This document shows, one piece after another, positions 14,933 through 24,304 of a DNA stretch of 30,631 nt (the stretch's first letter is position 1; each line of letters starts with the position of its first letter). The position numbers and the translations under genes are program-made. Source of the DNA: Minisyncoccota bacterium (GTDB taxonomy: Bacteria; Patescibacteriota; Minisyncoccia; Phycocordibacterales; JACOZG01); NCBI GenBank assembly GCA_036516635.1, contig DATECC010000024.1:1-30631 (forward strand), read 5' to 3'. Under the pieces are notes generated by a model, which saw nothing but the letters and a program-made list of their open reading frames with translations, was not told the origin of the DNA and did not search any database.

Positions 14933-16137
14933 AAAAAATTATCCGACCTTATCTTTATCGTTACCGCCACCGCCTCCCCCTTTTTTTACAGCGGAAGTTT
15001 TTCAAGTGCGTAACCTTATTGCCTAATGGTCGGGGCCGCGGCCGGGTTTTAGTAAGTTACGCTTTGACCTCGGCCGGTCTGCCCGCCAACCATCCGTTGT
15101 TCGCTTATCACACCGGACCCTGGGAGAGCAATCGGATAGTTTCAATGTTTAATCATTACGGTTTTATTGTTGACTGTATCCATTACACCGATCGTTCTTT
15201 TGTCCCTCGAGAGGATTACGATATCATTTTTGCTTGCACCGGTGAACTTTATCGCCTCGTGGCTTCAATGAAAAAAGAGCCTGGTCGGATAATAAAAATT
15301 TGGCACTCGGTGATCAGCTCGGTCGAATCCAATAATGCCGCCGAAATAGCGAGAATTACCGAATTAATAAACAGACATCCACAAGCTCTTTATTTTCCTA
15401 AGCGCCAAGAACCGCACGAGAGAATCCAAGACAAATTGAGAACCCTGGTCGATTATTGTGTATTAATCGGTAATCAACATGTTCAAAACACCTTTCCTCA
15501 ATCATTTCATCCCAAAATCACCCGTGTCACCGTCACGGCCTCGCCATTATCTTATTTTAAGTCAGAGACAGAATGGGTGCCACCGGAAAAAGAATGGTTG
15601 TGGTTTTTTGGCAATGGCGCGGTGCGTAAGGGATTGGACATTACTTTGGAGGCCTTTGTTAAACATCCCGATTGGCAGTTAAATATTGTTGGCTTAATTG
15701 ATCAAGAACCAGATTTTCTAAAAATTTACCGGCGAGAATTATTAGAAACGCCAAATATTCACTGGCACGGTTATTTAAACCCCGGCAGCGAGCAGTTTAA
15801 CGCTCTCGTCAAACGCTGTTTTGCTTTCATTGCGCCAACGGCGACCGAATCAATCTCCACGGCCGTGGCCACTCTATTACAAGTTGGACTCTATCCGCTC
15901 TTAAGCGCAGATACGGGGGTCGATTTACCGATTGGGGCCGGCACCTATTTAACCGAACTCTCGGTGCCGGAAATCGAGGCCAAGGTGGCGAAAATTTATC
16001 GCAAAAAAGTAAATGAACTTGCGGCAGAAATCCGTCAAACGCAAGCACTGGCTCGTCGTCAATTCTCGCGCGAGAAATGGCAACAGGAGATGGGGTCGTT
16101 CATTGCCAAAGTCTTACGAGAGAATAATTTAATTTGA
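14926..16137 (+). CDS. Glycosyltransferase (GT-B, GT4-like)
   Basis: C-terminal FFGNGAVRKGLD, LNIVG, NIHWHGYL and ESISTAV...GLYP. Confidence 0.8.
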   Translation: MLKKIIRPYLYRYRHRLPLFLQRKFFKCVTLLPNGRGRGRVLVSYALTSAGLPANHPLFAYHTGPWESNRIVSMFNHYGFIVDCIHYTDRSFVPREDYDIIFACTGELYRLVASMKKEPGRIIKIWHSVISSVESNNAAEIARITELINRHPQALYFPKRQEPHERIQDKLRTLVDYCVLIGNQHVQNTFPQSFHPKITRVTVTASPLSYFKSETEWVPPEKEWLWFFGNGAVRKGLDITLEAFVKHPDWQLNIVGLIDQEPDFLKIYRRELLETPNIHWHGYLNPGSEQFNALVKRCFAFIAPTATESISTAVATLLQVGLYPLLSADTGVDLPIGAGTYLTELSVPEIEAKVAKIYRKKVNELAAEIRQTQALARRQFSREKWQQEMGSFIAKVLRENNLI

Positions 16138-17198
16138 TCACTTTTTGTTATTTCGGCATTTATCAGCCAACTTGGGCACGCGACACCGTTTTACTGAAAG
16201 GGTTAGCGGCGCGCGGCGAAAAAATAATTTTACTGACGGATAACTCAGCCGGTTGGCGTAAATACTGGCACTTATGGCGCGCCCACCGCTGGCACCGCGA
16301 ACCGTATGATTATTTACTGGTTGGTTATCTCTCCAATGCGGCGGTGCCGCTGGCTCGCCTGGTTTCCCGCCGGCCGGTGATTTTTAATGCCGGCAATTCT
16401 CTGTACGAGGGAGCGGTCTTGGATCGCGGTGACTACGGCCCATGGTCGCCACGCCGCTACTTAATTTGGCTAATCGATTTCCTGGCTTTCCACTCAGCGC
16501 ACCTAGTTTTAGTAGAAAGCGCCCAACAAAAAAAATTTTTACGGCGGCGCTTTGGCGTGCCGGAACGCAAACTGGCGGTATTGTTTACCGGGGCGATCGC
16601 GGCCGTTTCTTCTCCCGGTCCAACCGTGGCTAAAGCAGACACTTTTACTGTCCTGTTTCGCGGCTGGTTGGTGCCGGCGACCGGCGTGGAGCAAGTCTTG
16701 GCGGCGGCGAAGTTGCTCCGCGGTGAACCAATTAATTTTTTGCTCATCGGCCGCGGGCCACTCTTGAGGCAAGTCCAAAAGACGATTCAAGAATTCGGTT
16801 TAAGCAAAGTCAAACTGATTACCGAATTTTTGCCCGAAGCGGAACTCCACCGCCAAATGCTCGCCGGTCAGATTATGCTTGGCCAATTTTCTGATCATCC
16901 GCGGTTGGATCGAACGATTCAAAATAAAACCTTTGAAGCTCTGGCGCTCGGTTTGCCTTATATCACCAGGGATTCCAAAAGCAACCGCGAACTCTTAATC
17001 AATGACAAAAATTGCCTCTTTGTTAAACCCGCTGACCCGACCGACTTGGCGGCCAAAATTTTACAGCTAAAAAATGATCCGGCTTTAAGGGAAAAGTTAT
17101 CCCGCAACGGCCGAATTCTTTACGAACAAAAACTGACCCCTTGCGCAATTGCTGATGAATTCTTAAAGATTATAAAAATATCAAAAATTAAATCTTAA
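16134..17198 (+). CDS. Glycosyltransferase family 4
   Basis: Motifs VLFRG..VPATG, LLIGRGP and QNKTFEALALGLP. TTG start overlaps the upstream stop (TTGA). Confidence 0.87.
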   Translation: MITFCYFGIYQPTWARDTVLLKGLAARGEKIILLTDNSAGWRKYWHLWRAHRWHREPYDYLLVGYLSNAAVPLARLVSRRPVIFNAGNSLYEGAVLDRGDYGPWSPRRYLIWLIDFLAFHSAHLVLVESAQQKKFLRRRFGVPERKLAVLFTGAIAAVSSPGPTVAKADTFTVLFRGWLVPATGVEQVLAAAKLLRGEPINFLLIGRGPLLRQVQKTIQEFGLSKVKLITEFLPEAELHRQMLAGQIMLGQFSDHPRLDRTIQNKTFEALALGLPYITRDSKSNRELLINDKNCLFVKPADPTDLAAKILQLKNDPALREKLSRNGRILYEQKLTPCAIADEFLKIIKISKIKS

Positions 17199-17213
17199 TG
17201 GATTTATAAATCT

Positions 17214-18248
17214 TCACGATTTCGCCTCTTGGGCTAAATCGGATTTAACCATCATTGCCACCAATTGTTCAAAAGTGGTTTTGGGTCGCCAGCCGAGTTC
17301 ACGTTTGGCTTTACTGGCGTCACCGACCAACAAATCAACTTCCGCCGGACGAAAGTAGTGCGGATCAATTTCAATCAAGGTCCGGCCGGTTTTTTTGTCC
17401 ACCCCTTTTTCTTTAAGGCCGCGCTCGCGCCAAACCAATTCAAAATCCAAAAATCTGGCGCTCAATTCGGCAAACTCGCGAATGGTGTGAGTTTCGCCGG
17501 TGGCCAAAACATAGTCGTCCGGCTTCGGCTGTTGGAGTATTTGCCACATTCCTACCACATAATCTTTGGCGTAGCCCCAGTCGCGGCTGGAATCCAGATT
17601 GCCCAGATAAAGTTTTTTTTCCAAGTTCAGTTTAATCCGCGCCAACCCACGGGTAATTTTGCGGGTGACAAAGGTCTCACCCCGCCGCGGTGATTCATGG
17701 TTGAATAAAATACCGTTGACCGCGAACAAATTATAACTCTCGCGATAATTTTTAGTGATCCAGTAAGCATAAACTTTGGCACAACCGTAGGGCGAGCGGG
17801 GATGAAAGGGAGTGATTTCGGTTTGGGGGACTTCTGTTGTCTGGCCGAACATTTCCGACGAAGAGGCCTGATAAAATCTAGTGTTGCTTTTGGTTTCCCG
17901 GATGGCGTCCAAGAGTCGGAGCGGGCCGAGAGCGACCACATTGCTAGTGTACTCCGGCGTGTCAAAACTGACCCGAACATGGCTTTGGGCGCCCAGATTG
18001 TAAATTTCATCGGGTTTGATTTTTTCTACTAAACGCGAGACGCTGGAGCTGTCGGTCAAATCGCCAGAGTGGAGAAAAAAGCGAACGCCTTTCTCGTGCG
18101 GATCGCGGTAGAGGTGGTCAATCCGGCTGGTGTTAAAAGTGGAGCCGCGGCGGATCAACCCGTGAATTTCGTAATCTTTAGTCAGCAAAAATTCTGCCAA
18201 ATACGAACCGTCTTGACCGGTGATGCCGGTAATCAGAGCGCGCTTCAT
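17214..18248 (-). CDS. gmd: GDP-mannose 4,6-dehydratase
   Basis: Motifs [63 protein letters not shown] and [10 protein letters not shown]. Confidence 0.98.
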   Translation of the reverse strand: MKRALITGITGQDGSYLAEFLLTKDYEIHGLIRRGSTFNTSRIDHLYRDPHEKGVRFFLHSGDLTDSSSVSRLVEKIKPDEIYNLGAQSHVRVSFDTPEYTSNVVALGPLRLLDAIRETKSNTRFYQASSSEMFGQTTEVPQTEITPFHPRSPYGCAKVYAYWITKNYRESYNLFAVNGILFNHESPRRGETFVTRKITRGLARIKLNLEKKLYLGNLDSSRDWGYAKDYVVGMWQILQQPKPDDYVLATGETHTIREFAELSARFLDFELVWRERGLKEKGVDKKTGRTLIEIDPHYFRPAEVDLLVGDASKAKRELGWRPKTTFEQLVAMMVKSDLAQEAKS

Positions 18249-19408
18249 TGGTTTTTTAATTCGGCCAAAGTCAAGGTGGCGGTTTTAACCCAGGAAAACT
18301 TTTTTAATTGTTCCGCCATCTTAATCTTCAACGTTTCTCTCACTTTATCATTTTTTAATAAACAATCAACAGCCTCAGTAAACTCACTGATATTATTGGT
18401 TTCGCATAGAGTGGCGGCGCCACCGGCAATCTCCATGATACTGGAATTACGGGCGGCAACAACCGGTAGGGACTGTTGATAAGCCTCGAGAATTGGCATC
18501 CCAAAACCCTCAAAAGAGGACGGAAAAATCAGTAAAGTCGCTCGAGTATAAATGAATTGAAGGACTTCGTCTGGAACGAAGCCCAAAAAATGAACGCGCG
18601 CAGTGAGTCCGTATTTAGCAATCAAAACATCAAGCTCATGTTTAAGATTTTTTTTCTTGATCAGACCGGAAAAAATAACCTGGAGGTCGGGATAAAAACT
18701 GGTCAAACGATGAAGCACCTCAATCACTAAACAATGATTTTTATGAGGCCAAAGCGCGGCCGGATAAAACAAAAATCGCGAGGGCAAATTAATCGGTCGC
18801 GGCGGGGAAGACTTAATTGATGGAGCTAGGGGAGTAACGGTGATCATCTTTATCGGCCAGTTTAATTTTTCCACCAAAGTGCGTTTGGTGTATTCGGAAA
18901 TGGCAAAAATATGCCGGGCCTGATCCTTTATGTAAACTAAATTTTCGCGCCGGGCCGCAAATTCAATGGCGGAAAAATTTCCCGGCCAATACTCGTGTTG
19001 CAAATCAAAAACCGTCACATCATGTTCGACCGATTGTAAACCGCGCGGGTAAATTTTTTGGGTTGGGAAGAACATTTGACGGATCTGATAGGTGTTCATC
19101 AAATGATTCAATTCTTGAGCGACCAAATTTTCCATCCGCTCATCGTCCTGTCTTAGTTTGGCCCAAAATTTTTTGACTGCTAAAATTGGCCGGCGACCAA
19201 GGTCGAAACAAGGATCGCACACATATACAACAACATTTGACTGACTACGATGCGGTTTAAAAAAAAAGCGATCGCGCGCGCGGATAATGAGGAAAAATTT
19301 GATTGTCCGATCAAGCTTCAGTAATTGGTCCAATAAATTTTTAACATAAACAAAAGCTCCCGTTTGGTCGCGGGCGGAAACCCATAAAAGATTAATCGCT
19401 AAATGCAT
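18245..19408 (-). CDS. Glycosyltransferase family 4 (type often using GDP-sugars)
   Basis: Motifs [27 protein letters not shown] and [18 protein letters not shown] 19408 is preferred over TTG 19414. Confidence 0.92.
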   Translation of the reverse strand: MHLAINLLWVSARDQTGAFVYVKNLLDQLLKLDRTIKFFLIIRARDRFFFKPHRSQSNVVVYVCDPCFDLGRRPILAVKKFWAKLRQDDERMENLVAQELNHLMNTYQIRQMFFPTQKIYPRGLQSVEHDVTVFDLQHEYWPGNFSAIEFAARRENLVYIKDQARHIFAISEYTKRTLVEKLNWPIKMITVTPLAPSIKSSPPRPINLPSRFLFYPAALWPHKNHCLVIEVLHRLTSFYPDLQVIFSGLIKKKNLKHELDVLIAKYGLTARVHFLGFVPDEVLQFIYTRATLLIFPSSFEGFGMPILEAYQQSLPVVAARNSSIMEIAGGAATLCETNNISEFTEAVDCLLKNDKVRETLKIKMAEQLKKFSWVKTATLTLAELKNQ

Positions 19409-19463
19409 TGCCAAAAATCATTTTTTACTATATCATAAACGGATCTAAATCTGAATAAATCTT

Positions 19464-20138
19464 ATGCCGGGCAGTCATTCCCAACAGCTAAATGAAATTG
19501 TCGAAATTATGGTTTTGCTGAAACCAAAAAGTATTTTGGATGTCGGGGTCGGTTTCGGTAAATACGGAGTTTTAGCTAGAGAATATCTTGATTTGTGGGC
19601 CGGAGCGCAAAAAAGCCGTGATGATTATCGGCAGTGGCAAACTAAAGTTGACGGGATTGAAGCTTGTCAAAATTATCTTACCCCTCTCCATTCTTTTATC
19701 TATAACCAGATCCATATCGGAAATGTCAACAATATTGTCCCGTCAATAAAAGATTTTGCTTACGAGCTGGTCCTGCTTATTGATGTGATTGAACACTTAA
19801 ATCGTCAAGACGGCTTGAAACTTTTGGATCAACTTTATCGGATTGGGCGAAATATTTTAATCAGCACGCCAAAAATTATGGGTGATCAAGACATCTTATA
19901 CGGCAATGAATTTGAACGCCATATCCATCAATGGCAGGAAACTGATTTTGCCGATTTACCGGAATCAATCATCATTCCTAATGAGGCCTCACTTATTATT
20001 TTTTCCGGCCAGAATATCGTGAAGATCAAAGCGCTGGTCAAAAAGAAAAAGCGGCAATCCTTCAAAAAAAGTCTCAAGACCATTTTTCCGTTTCTAATGT
20101 TTCCCTATCGTTGCTTTAAAAAATTTATCACCCGATGA
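19464..20138 (+). CDS. Class I SAM-dependent methyltransferase
   Basis: Motifs ILDVGVGFGKYG, VDGIE, LLIDVIEHL and ILISTP. Confidence 0.87.
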   Translation: MPGSHSQQLNEIVEIMVLLKPKSILDVGVGFGKYGVLAREYLDLWAGAQKSRDDYRQWQTKVDGIEACQNYLTPLHSFIYNQIHIGNVNNIVPSIKDFAYELVLLIDVIEHLNRQDGLKLLDQLYRIGRNILISTPKIMGDQDILYGNEFERHIHQWQETDFADLPESIIIPNEASLIIFSGQNIVKIKALVKKKKRQSFKKSLKTIFPFLMFPYRCFKKFITR

Positions 20139-21061
20139 AATTACAGGATCAAACAATTTTAATCACCGGCGGCGCAGGGTTTCTCGGTTCAGTCGTGGTT
20201 TCTAAACTCGTTGAACGCGGAGTGGCTAAAGCGAAAATTCGCCGGCCGCGGAGCCGAGAATTTGATTTGCGCCATTGGTCGGATTGCCAAACGGTTGTTC
20301 GGGGAGTAGATCTCGTTATCCATCTGGCCGCCAAGGTCGGCGGCATTGGTTATAACCAAACACACGCCGGTGAGCTCTTTTACGATAACCTGATGATGAG
20401 TACCCAAATGATGGAGGCGGCGCGGCAGGCGGGAGTAAAAAAGTATATCGCCATCGGCACAGTCTGCGCTTACCCGAAATTTACGCCTGCGCCATTCAGG
20501 GAAGAATCACTCTGGGACGGTTATCCGGAGGAAACCAATGCGCCTTACGGTTTGGCCAAGAAGATGGCTCTGGTCCAAGCGCAAAGTTACCGCCAGCAAT
20601 ACGGGTTCAATGCTATTTATCTGCTACTCGTTAACCTTTATGGTCCGGGTGATAATTTTGATTTGATCAGTTCCCATGTCATTCCGGCTCTGATCCGGAA
20701 AGTTCAGGAAGCGAAAATGAAAAACCTGCCGTTCGTTGAAGTCTGGGGAACCGGTCGAGCAACGCGAGAATTTCTTTATGTTAACGATGCCGCCGCCGGC
20801 ATTATTCAGGCGACAGAAATGTACGATGGGGCCGAACCGGTTAATTTGGGCAGCGGTCGAGAAATTTCAATTAAAGATCTAATCACAACAATCTGCCGGT
20901 TGATGAATTACCGGGGGGAAATCAGGTGGAATCTAGACAAACCAGACGGCCAACCGCGCCGCCGGCTGGATATTGCCCGCGCCAAAAAATTTTTTAACTA
21001 TGCGCCGACTACCGATTTGGAAACCGGCCTAAAAAAAACTATCAAATGGTATCTCCGGTAA
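20135..21061 (+). CDS. fcl: GDP-L-fucose synthase
   Basis: Motifs ITGGAGFLG, HLAAKVGGI, GTVCAYPK, EETNAPYGLAKK, NLYGPGDNF, SHVIPALIRK, VWGTGRATREFLYV and KPDGQPRR. Confidence 0.95.
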   Translation: MKLQDQTILITGGAGFLGSVVVSKLVERGVAKAKIRRPRSREFDLRHWSDCQTVVRGVDLVIHLAAKVGGIGYNQTHAGELFYDNLMMSTQMMEAARQAGVKKYIAIGTVCAYPKFTPAPFREESLWDGYPEETNAPYGLAKKMALVQAQSYRQQYGFNAIYLLLVNLYGPGDNFDLISSHVIPALIRKVQEAKMKNLPFVEVWGTGRATREFLYVNDAAAGIIQATEMYDGAEPVNLGSGREISIKDLITTICRLMNYRGEIRWNLDKPDGQPRRRLDIARAKKFFNYAPTTDLETGLKKTIKWYLR

Positions 21062-22266
21062 AAAATATTTATTACATTTCCACCTTGCGATTGCCGACCG
21101 AAAAAGCCTACGGAATCAATATGGTAAAAACCTGCGAGGCCTTAGGTCAACAGGGGGCAACGGTTAAATTGATTTCGCCGGCATTCCGCCATTTGCCGGA
21201 CCAGAGTATTTATGATTATTACGGTGTTAACAAATCTTTTTCCGTCAGTTTCTATCCGTTCCCGGATCTGGTCAGTCGGCTACTGGCTCTTAATCTTTAT
21301 TTGTGGCGCCGGCAAATCACCAGCCGGCCGGTATTTTCTTGGTGGTTATTTAAATTAGCTTTTCTTGGTGACCAAATTATTTTCTCATTAACTCTATTGT
21401 TTTATTTCGTGACCCACTCACGGCAGCCAGTCATCTATACCAGAAGTCTAATGCCCGCTTTAATTTTAAAAATTTTGGGCTACCGCGTTTATTACGATCT
21501 GCATGCTTTTCCCCATTGTCACCGTTGGTTTTGGTATCTAACTCTCCGTCGCCTTAACGGATTAACAGTCACTAATCACTGGAAGGCGAAGCAATGCAAA
21601 CAATTATTCGCTCTTGACCAAACTAAGGTGTTGATTGCTCCGAACGGTTTTGATCTGGATTCATACAAGACACCACTCGATCGTTCGGCAGTACGACGGC
21701 AATTGGTGCCAGAACTTCACCGGCCGATTATCCTTTACACTGGTCATCTCTATGATTGGAAAGGAGCTCAAGTTTTGGCCGCCGCCGCGCGCTTTCTGCC
21801 AGATTCCTATTTCGTTTTCATCGGTGGAATGGCTGATGACTGTGAACAATTCCGCCGGCGTTTTAATTTTTCCAATCTAGTTATTTTGGGTCGTCGTCCC
21901 CATCGCGACATCGCCAATTATTTGCGTTCAGCCGATGTGTTGGTTTATCCTAATCCCGGATTATCGCGACAAAAACATTTGACCTATTTTGCCACTTATG
22001 ACACCTCGCCGATAAAATTGTTTGAGTATATGGCCAGCGGTGTACCGATCATAGCCACCGACTTGCCGGCGATACGCGAAATGTTAAATAATAATAATGC
22101 CACTTTGGTTAAACCAAACGATGCTCAAGCGCTGGCACAGGGGATTGATCAAGTGTTAACCCATTATCAAATAATGCTTGAAAAAGCCCGACGCGCCCTG
22201 AACGATGTTCAGCCATATTCTTGGTCAGCGCGCGCGAAACACATCCTTAACTTTATTAATGAATGA
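21046..22266 (+). CDS. Glycosyltransferase family 4
   Basis: Motifs APNGFD, YTGHLYDWKG and DTSPIKLFEYMASGVP. Confidence 0.92.
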   Translation: MVSPVKNIYYISTLRLPTEKAYGINMVKTCEALGQQGATVKLISPAFRHLPDQSIYDYYGVNKSFSVSFYPFPDLVSRLLALNLYLWRRQITSRPVFSWWLFKLAFLGDQIIFSLTLLFYFVTHSRQPVIYTRSLMPALILKILGYRVYYDLHAFPHCHRWFWYLTLRRLNGLTVTNHWKAKQCKQLFALDQTKVLIAPNGFDLDSYKTPLDRSAVRRQLVPELHRPIILYTGHLYDWKGAQVLAAAARFLPDSYFVFIGGMADDCEQFRRRFNFSNLVILGRRPHRDIANYLRSADVLVYPNPGLSRQKHLTYFATYDTSPIKLFEYMASGVPIIATDLPAIREMLNNNNATLVKPNDAQALAQGIDQVLTHYQIMLEKARRALNDVQPYSWSARAKHILNFINE

Positions 22267-22925
22267 TGAAAAATAAAAGACTAAACCCAAAAACAATAGA
22301 ATTTTTTGGTCCGCCGGGTAGCGGCAAAACGACCTTGGCGAAAAAGTACGCTCTGAAAAATGGATTAATCTTCATCATCATCAACAGTCGCCGACAACGT
22401 TACGGTTATGATTTTATTTATTTCTTCACGCACCCGATAAAATTTTTTAAACTCTTGGTCATCACCGTAATTCAAGGACGCCGCTCTTTTGTTTTATTGC
22501 GGCATAAATTGCATCGCCTCAGTCATCATCTAGCTTTAGCCGCGAAATCAGATTGGCTTTCCCACCAACGCCCAGTGGTGATTGATGAAGGCTTGGCCCA
22601 ATATTTTTTTTCAGTTTATGAACAATCAGTGGCGGCGGCCGCGATTAAAAATTATTTTCAGCAATTTGTTCAATCCGATATTTTAGTGTTCATCACGGCT
22701 GTCGAAACCATTCGTTTGGACAGAATGTTGCAACGGGGGAGGATACCAAGATGGCATGCCAATTTTAATCCCCAACGATGGCTAAAAAACATCGTCATGA
22801 ACGCCCACCTGATTCCCGAACAACTCACTAATCCACCTTTTAAGTTTTTGTTCTTTGATACGACGACTAATGATTATGATCTGGTCGTTCAAGAATTGGC
22901 TGACAAAATTCGGCAATTATTATGA
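22263..22925 (+). CDS. Nucleoside-monophosphate-kinase-like P-loop protein (thymidylate-kinase-like fold)
   Basis: Walker A IEFFGPPGSGKT, VVIDEG, and DILVFITA...RLDRMLQRGR (LID-like). The gene is coupled on both sides by ATGA overlaps. Confidence 0.75.
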   Translation: MMKNKRLNPKTIEFFGPPGSGKTTLAKKYALKNGLIFIIINSRRQRYGYDFIYFFTHPIKFFKLLVITVIQGRRSFVLLRHKLHRLSHHLALAAKSDWLSHQRPVVIDEGLAQYFFSVYEQSVAAAAIKNYFQQFVQSDILVFITAVETIRLDRMLQRGRIPRWHANFNPQRWLKNIVMNAHLIPEQLTNPPFKFLFFDTTTNDYDLVVQELADKIRQLL

Positions 22926-24304
22926 AAACCATTTTTCTCACTGTCATTCGCAGTATGGTCGCTCGTAATCTGCTCCAAAATGATTTTTTTTGTATCCTGC
23001 GGGAAAAGTATCGGATTGTGATTCTAACACCAGCGGCACGCGATCCGAGATTTATCCGGGAATTTTCACATCCCAACGTATCCTTTGAATATTTTGAAGA
23101 CAAGAGTCATACTCGCGCCGACATTCTTTTTTTGGGATTGCATAAATATCTAATTTGGAGCAAATTTATCGCTTTGAAATTACGCTATGGCATTCGCACT
23201 CTAACCAAGCCGGAGAATTTAAGTTTAATCCGCTATTGGCTCTTTGCTTTGATTTTTGTCCCGTTGTCCAAATTGGTTTTTCTTCGTGATTGGTTGCGTT
23301 GGGTGGATTTCTATTTCGGCCAAAAACAAAAGGTGCGCGAGTTCCGGGCTTTGATTCGGGCCGAGCGACCAGTTTTAATTGTATCGACCTCAATTTCATC
23401 TAATGTGGAGGGCGCCCTACTGAAAGCGGCGCGCTGGGAGGGGGTCAAAACGGTGGGGATGCCCAAGAGTTGGGATAATCTCTCCCGCGCCGGTTTCCGG
23501 GCCAAGGCCGACCTCTTGGTGGTCTGGAGCCAATTTATGGCCGACCAAGCAGTTACTTTTCAGCGTTACCGGGCCGAGCAAGTGAAGATAATTGGCATCC
23601 CCCAGTTTGATGGTTATCTCGACCCGCGACGGTTATGGTCACGCGAGCGGTTTGGTCAAGAGTTTGGTTTAAACCCCCACCGTCGGGTGATTTTATTTAC
23701 CTCGGAGGGTAAAACTGTGCCGGAGGACGCCGATATTACTCTCTTACTCGCCGACTTTATTAGTCGAGGTGAGTTATCCGACTCCTCGCTTCTTATTCGG
23801 CCTCACTTTAGTTATCCCCAAGATGAGGAAAAGTTTGCCGCGCTCTCTGGCCGGCCAGGCGTGGTGATTGACCGATTAAATAACCCCGCTTCCGGCTTTA
23901 AGGATTACGGTGATTTTAGCGTCGCGGCCTATGAACGTTTTGCCAATAGCTTGGCCCAGGCCGCGGTGGTAGTGAATGTTTGCTCGACTATTACCTTAGA
24001 CGCGGTGGCGTTCGATAAGCCGATAATTAATGTCGCCTTTGAACCGAGGATTAATGTGCCGATTCAACCCCAATCCCTGGCTATGTCTTATGAGAGCGAT
24101 TATTATTTAGAAATTATCCAAACTCAAGGGACGCGATTGGTGAAGTCGCGCGAAGAATTTTTAACGGCCTTGCGCCAATACCTGGCTAATCCCAAACTAG
24201 ATGCTCTCGGTCGAATTCGGTTGCGCGAGCGCTTTCTTGGTCCCTTGGATGGTCAAACCGGCCGGCGATTTGCCGACTTAGTGGTCAAATGTTTAAATGG
24301 ATAA
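22922..24304 (+). CDS. Divergent GT-B-fold protein, CDP-glycerol glycerophosphotransferase (TagF)-like
   Basis: Motifs SWDNL, LLVVWS, IIGIPQFD, LLIRPH and VVVNVCSTITLDAVAFDKPII. The family call is approximate. Confidence 0.65.
   Translation: MKTIFLTVIRSMVARNLLQNDFFCILREKYRIVILTPAARDPRFIREFSHPNVSFEYFEDKSHTRADILFLGLHKYLIWSKFIALKLRYGIRTLTKPENLSLIRYWLFALIFVPLSKLVFLRDWLRWVDFYFGQKQKVREFRALIRAERPVLIVSTSISSNVEGALLKAARWEGVKTVGMPKSWDNLSRAGFRAKADLLVVWSQFMADQAVTFQRYRAEQVKIIGIPQFDGYLDPRRLWSRERFGQEFGLNPHRRVILFTSEGKTVPEDADITLLLADFISRGELSDSSLLIRPHFSYPQDEEKFAALSGRPGVVIDRLNNPASGFKDYGDFSVAAYERFANSLAQAAVVVNVCSTITLDAVAFDKPIINVAFEPRINVPIQPQSLAMSYESDYYLEIIQTQGTRLVKSREEFLTALRQYLANPKLDALGRIRLRERFLGPLDGQTGRRFADLVVKCLNG

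Noticed and set aside
9791-19267. A/T homopolymers of 8-9 nt in glycosyltransferase genes (e.g. T9 9791-9799, A9 11134-11142, A8 14931-14938, A8 16528-16535, A9 19259-19267) as phase-variation sites
   Set aside because: All genes are in frame. The runs are Lys/Phe codons in AT-rich genes, and there are no poly-G/C tracts. Read-level length variation would be needed to support this.
11421-19463. Active invertible segments (shufflon or phase switch) explaining the strand switches
   Set aside because: I found no inverted repeats longer than about 5 bp at block boundaries and no recombinase gene in the window.
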